Translations under genes and position numbers: made by a program | NCBI RefSeq assembly: GCF_001306055.1 | Contig: NZ_LGHJ01000010.1 | Coordinates: 150,001 to 182,000 of the forward strand | Direction of reading: 5' to 3' | DNA: 32,000 nucleotides | From: Bellilinea caldifistulae | GTDB lineage: Bacteria > Chloroflexota > Anaerolineae > Anaerolineales > Anaerolineaceae | In this document: positions 31,406-32,000 of the stretch, piece by piece | Numbering within the stretch: the stretch's first letter is position 1 | Layout: the number at the start of each line of letters is the position of its first letter | The notes under the pieces: generated by a model | Database searches by the model: none | What the model was told of the DNA's origin: nothing | Seen by the model: only the letters and a program-made list of their open reading frames with translations

Positions 31406-31434
31406 GACCGCCTGCGGGAGATAAGCAGGCGGTC
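31406..31434. terminator. 10-bp G+C-rich hairpin at the GC-content junction (terminator-like, no T tract)
   Basis: GACCGCCTGC (31406-15) / GCAGGCGGTC (31425-34) with a 9-nt loop. It sits between convergent genes. Confidence 0.4.
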
Positions 31435-31516
31435 CTGGTTATGCATGAATGAAATTTGACTTAAGAATGACCATTTTGATATGATCGATGCGATGCTGAA
31501 GGTAAAACCTGTTTTT

Positions 31517-31999
31517 TTATTCTTCCCAAACGCTCAAAGGAGTCTCCAAACATTGTTCAACTTCAGCTTCCAGAATGAAACGGGTAAATTCCTCGGGCGA
31601 TATGCTCAATACCTCTTCAATTGGTTTATATCTGTAGGTTTCTTCGTACTCTCTGAAAAAATCCAGGAATTCCTTTTTCTCGTCGGGAGACCAGACTACA
31701 ACACCACCTGTTTGATTAATCAGGGATTTTTTACAAATTCGAACAAAATCTTCACCATTCCTGCGAACCAGTTCAGCATAATCATATAACGTAATCATTA
31801 TTCCTTTATTTGGATAGAATATTTTTAGGGTGTATACAACCGGGCCTGTTCCCGGAATCCCGGTGATATATATCCACACTTCCGCGGGGACACCCAACTT
31901 TTTTACTAGTGAAACAAGATCGTAATCCTGGCGGGCCGTGATCCAGGCGATACTCAGGGTTTCCTTATGCAGGGAGAATCTGGCTATTCGAGAATTCAT
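31517..31999 (-). CDS. Hypothetical protein in AT-rich segment (may be 5' truncated by window end)
   Basis: 160-aa ORF with ordinary globular composition and codon usage clearly different from the preceding G+C-rich genes. The ATG lies 1 nt from the window edge, so the true start is unknown. No family recognised. Confidence 0.55.
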   Translation of the reverse strand: MNSRIARFSLHKETLSIAWITARQDYDLVSLVKKLGVPAEVWIYITGIPGTGPVVYTLKIFYPNKGIMITLYDYAELVRRNGEDFVRICKKSLINQTGGVVVWSPDEKKEFLDFFREYEETYRYKPIEEVLSISPEEFTRFILEAEVEQCLETPLSVWEE

Positions 32000-32000
32000 C

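Noticed and set aside
24583-31440. Calling the segment a complete integrative element or prophage
   Set aside because: No integrase or recombinase, no phage structural or conjugation genes, and no direct repeat of the tRNA 3' end were found in the window. It is therefore reported only as a compositionally distinct accessory segment.

Overview
This is a bacterial chromosomal window with dense, mostly operonic coding. The Thr/Pro-rich linkers and a Ser/Thr-kinase/PD40-propeller fusion suggest a Chloroflexota-like host, but that is only an inference. 1-8305 (+): a ridA tail, then a lipid-linked glycan/cell-envelope operon (GT2, polyprenyl-phosphate sugar transferase, CapD/PglF-like 4,6-dehydratase, FemAB, Zn-ribbon Nudix, FemAB, D-Cys-desulfhydrase/ACC-deaminase-family PLP enzyme). 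8312-11570: a divergent pair of a Ser/Thr kinase with a TolB-like propeller and a TP-repeat membrane protein. 11578-16427 (-): psuG, psuK and a translationally coupled pair of divergent SPFH(band-7)-like membrane proteins. 16475-23801 (+): a tightly packed mixed operon (proline dehydrogenase, SDR, UbiA-like membrane protein, MoeA, lipoprotein polysaccharide deacetylase, MoeA-PBP fusion, Bcp). An Rrf2 regulator (-) follows, then tRNA-Pro(CGG) at 24583-24657. Downstream of the tRNA the character changes. There is a tandem-HTH protein and a strong terminator with a T16 tract. Then comes a roughly 0.9 kb G+C-rich stretch (about 25290-26166) with no credible ORF and dense nested helices. It contains tRNA-type T-loop hairpins, three copies of a GAGAGA-loop hairpin module and a non-canonical tRNA-like element (anticodon CAT) at its 3' end. 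I consider it the most interesting object in the window: a candidate large ornate non-coding RNA in an accessory region. After it comes a high-GC accessory gene set (26187-31374) holding a nuclease-fold-like protein, vapBC, and a module of secreted, membrane, coiled-coil and wHTH proteins of unknown function. An abrupt drop to AT-rich DNA at about 31440 carries one more orphan gene. Single 60-nt lines that I counted by hand gave G+C of 50% at 18241, 68% at 29881 and 33% at 31621. No integrase, transposase, CRISPR array or rRNA is visible in the window.
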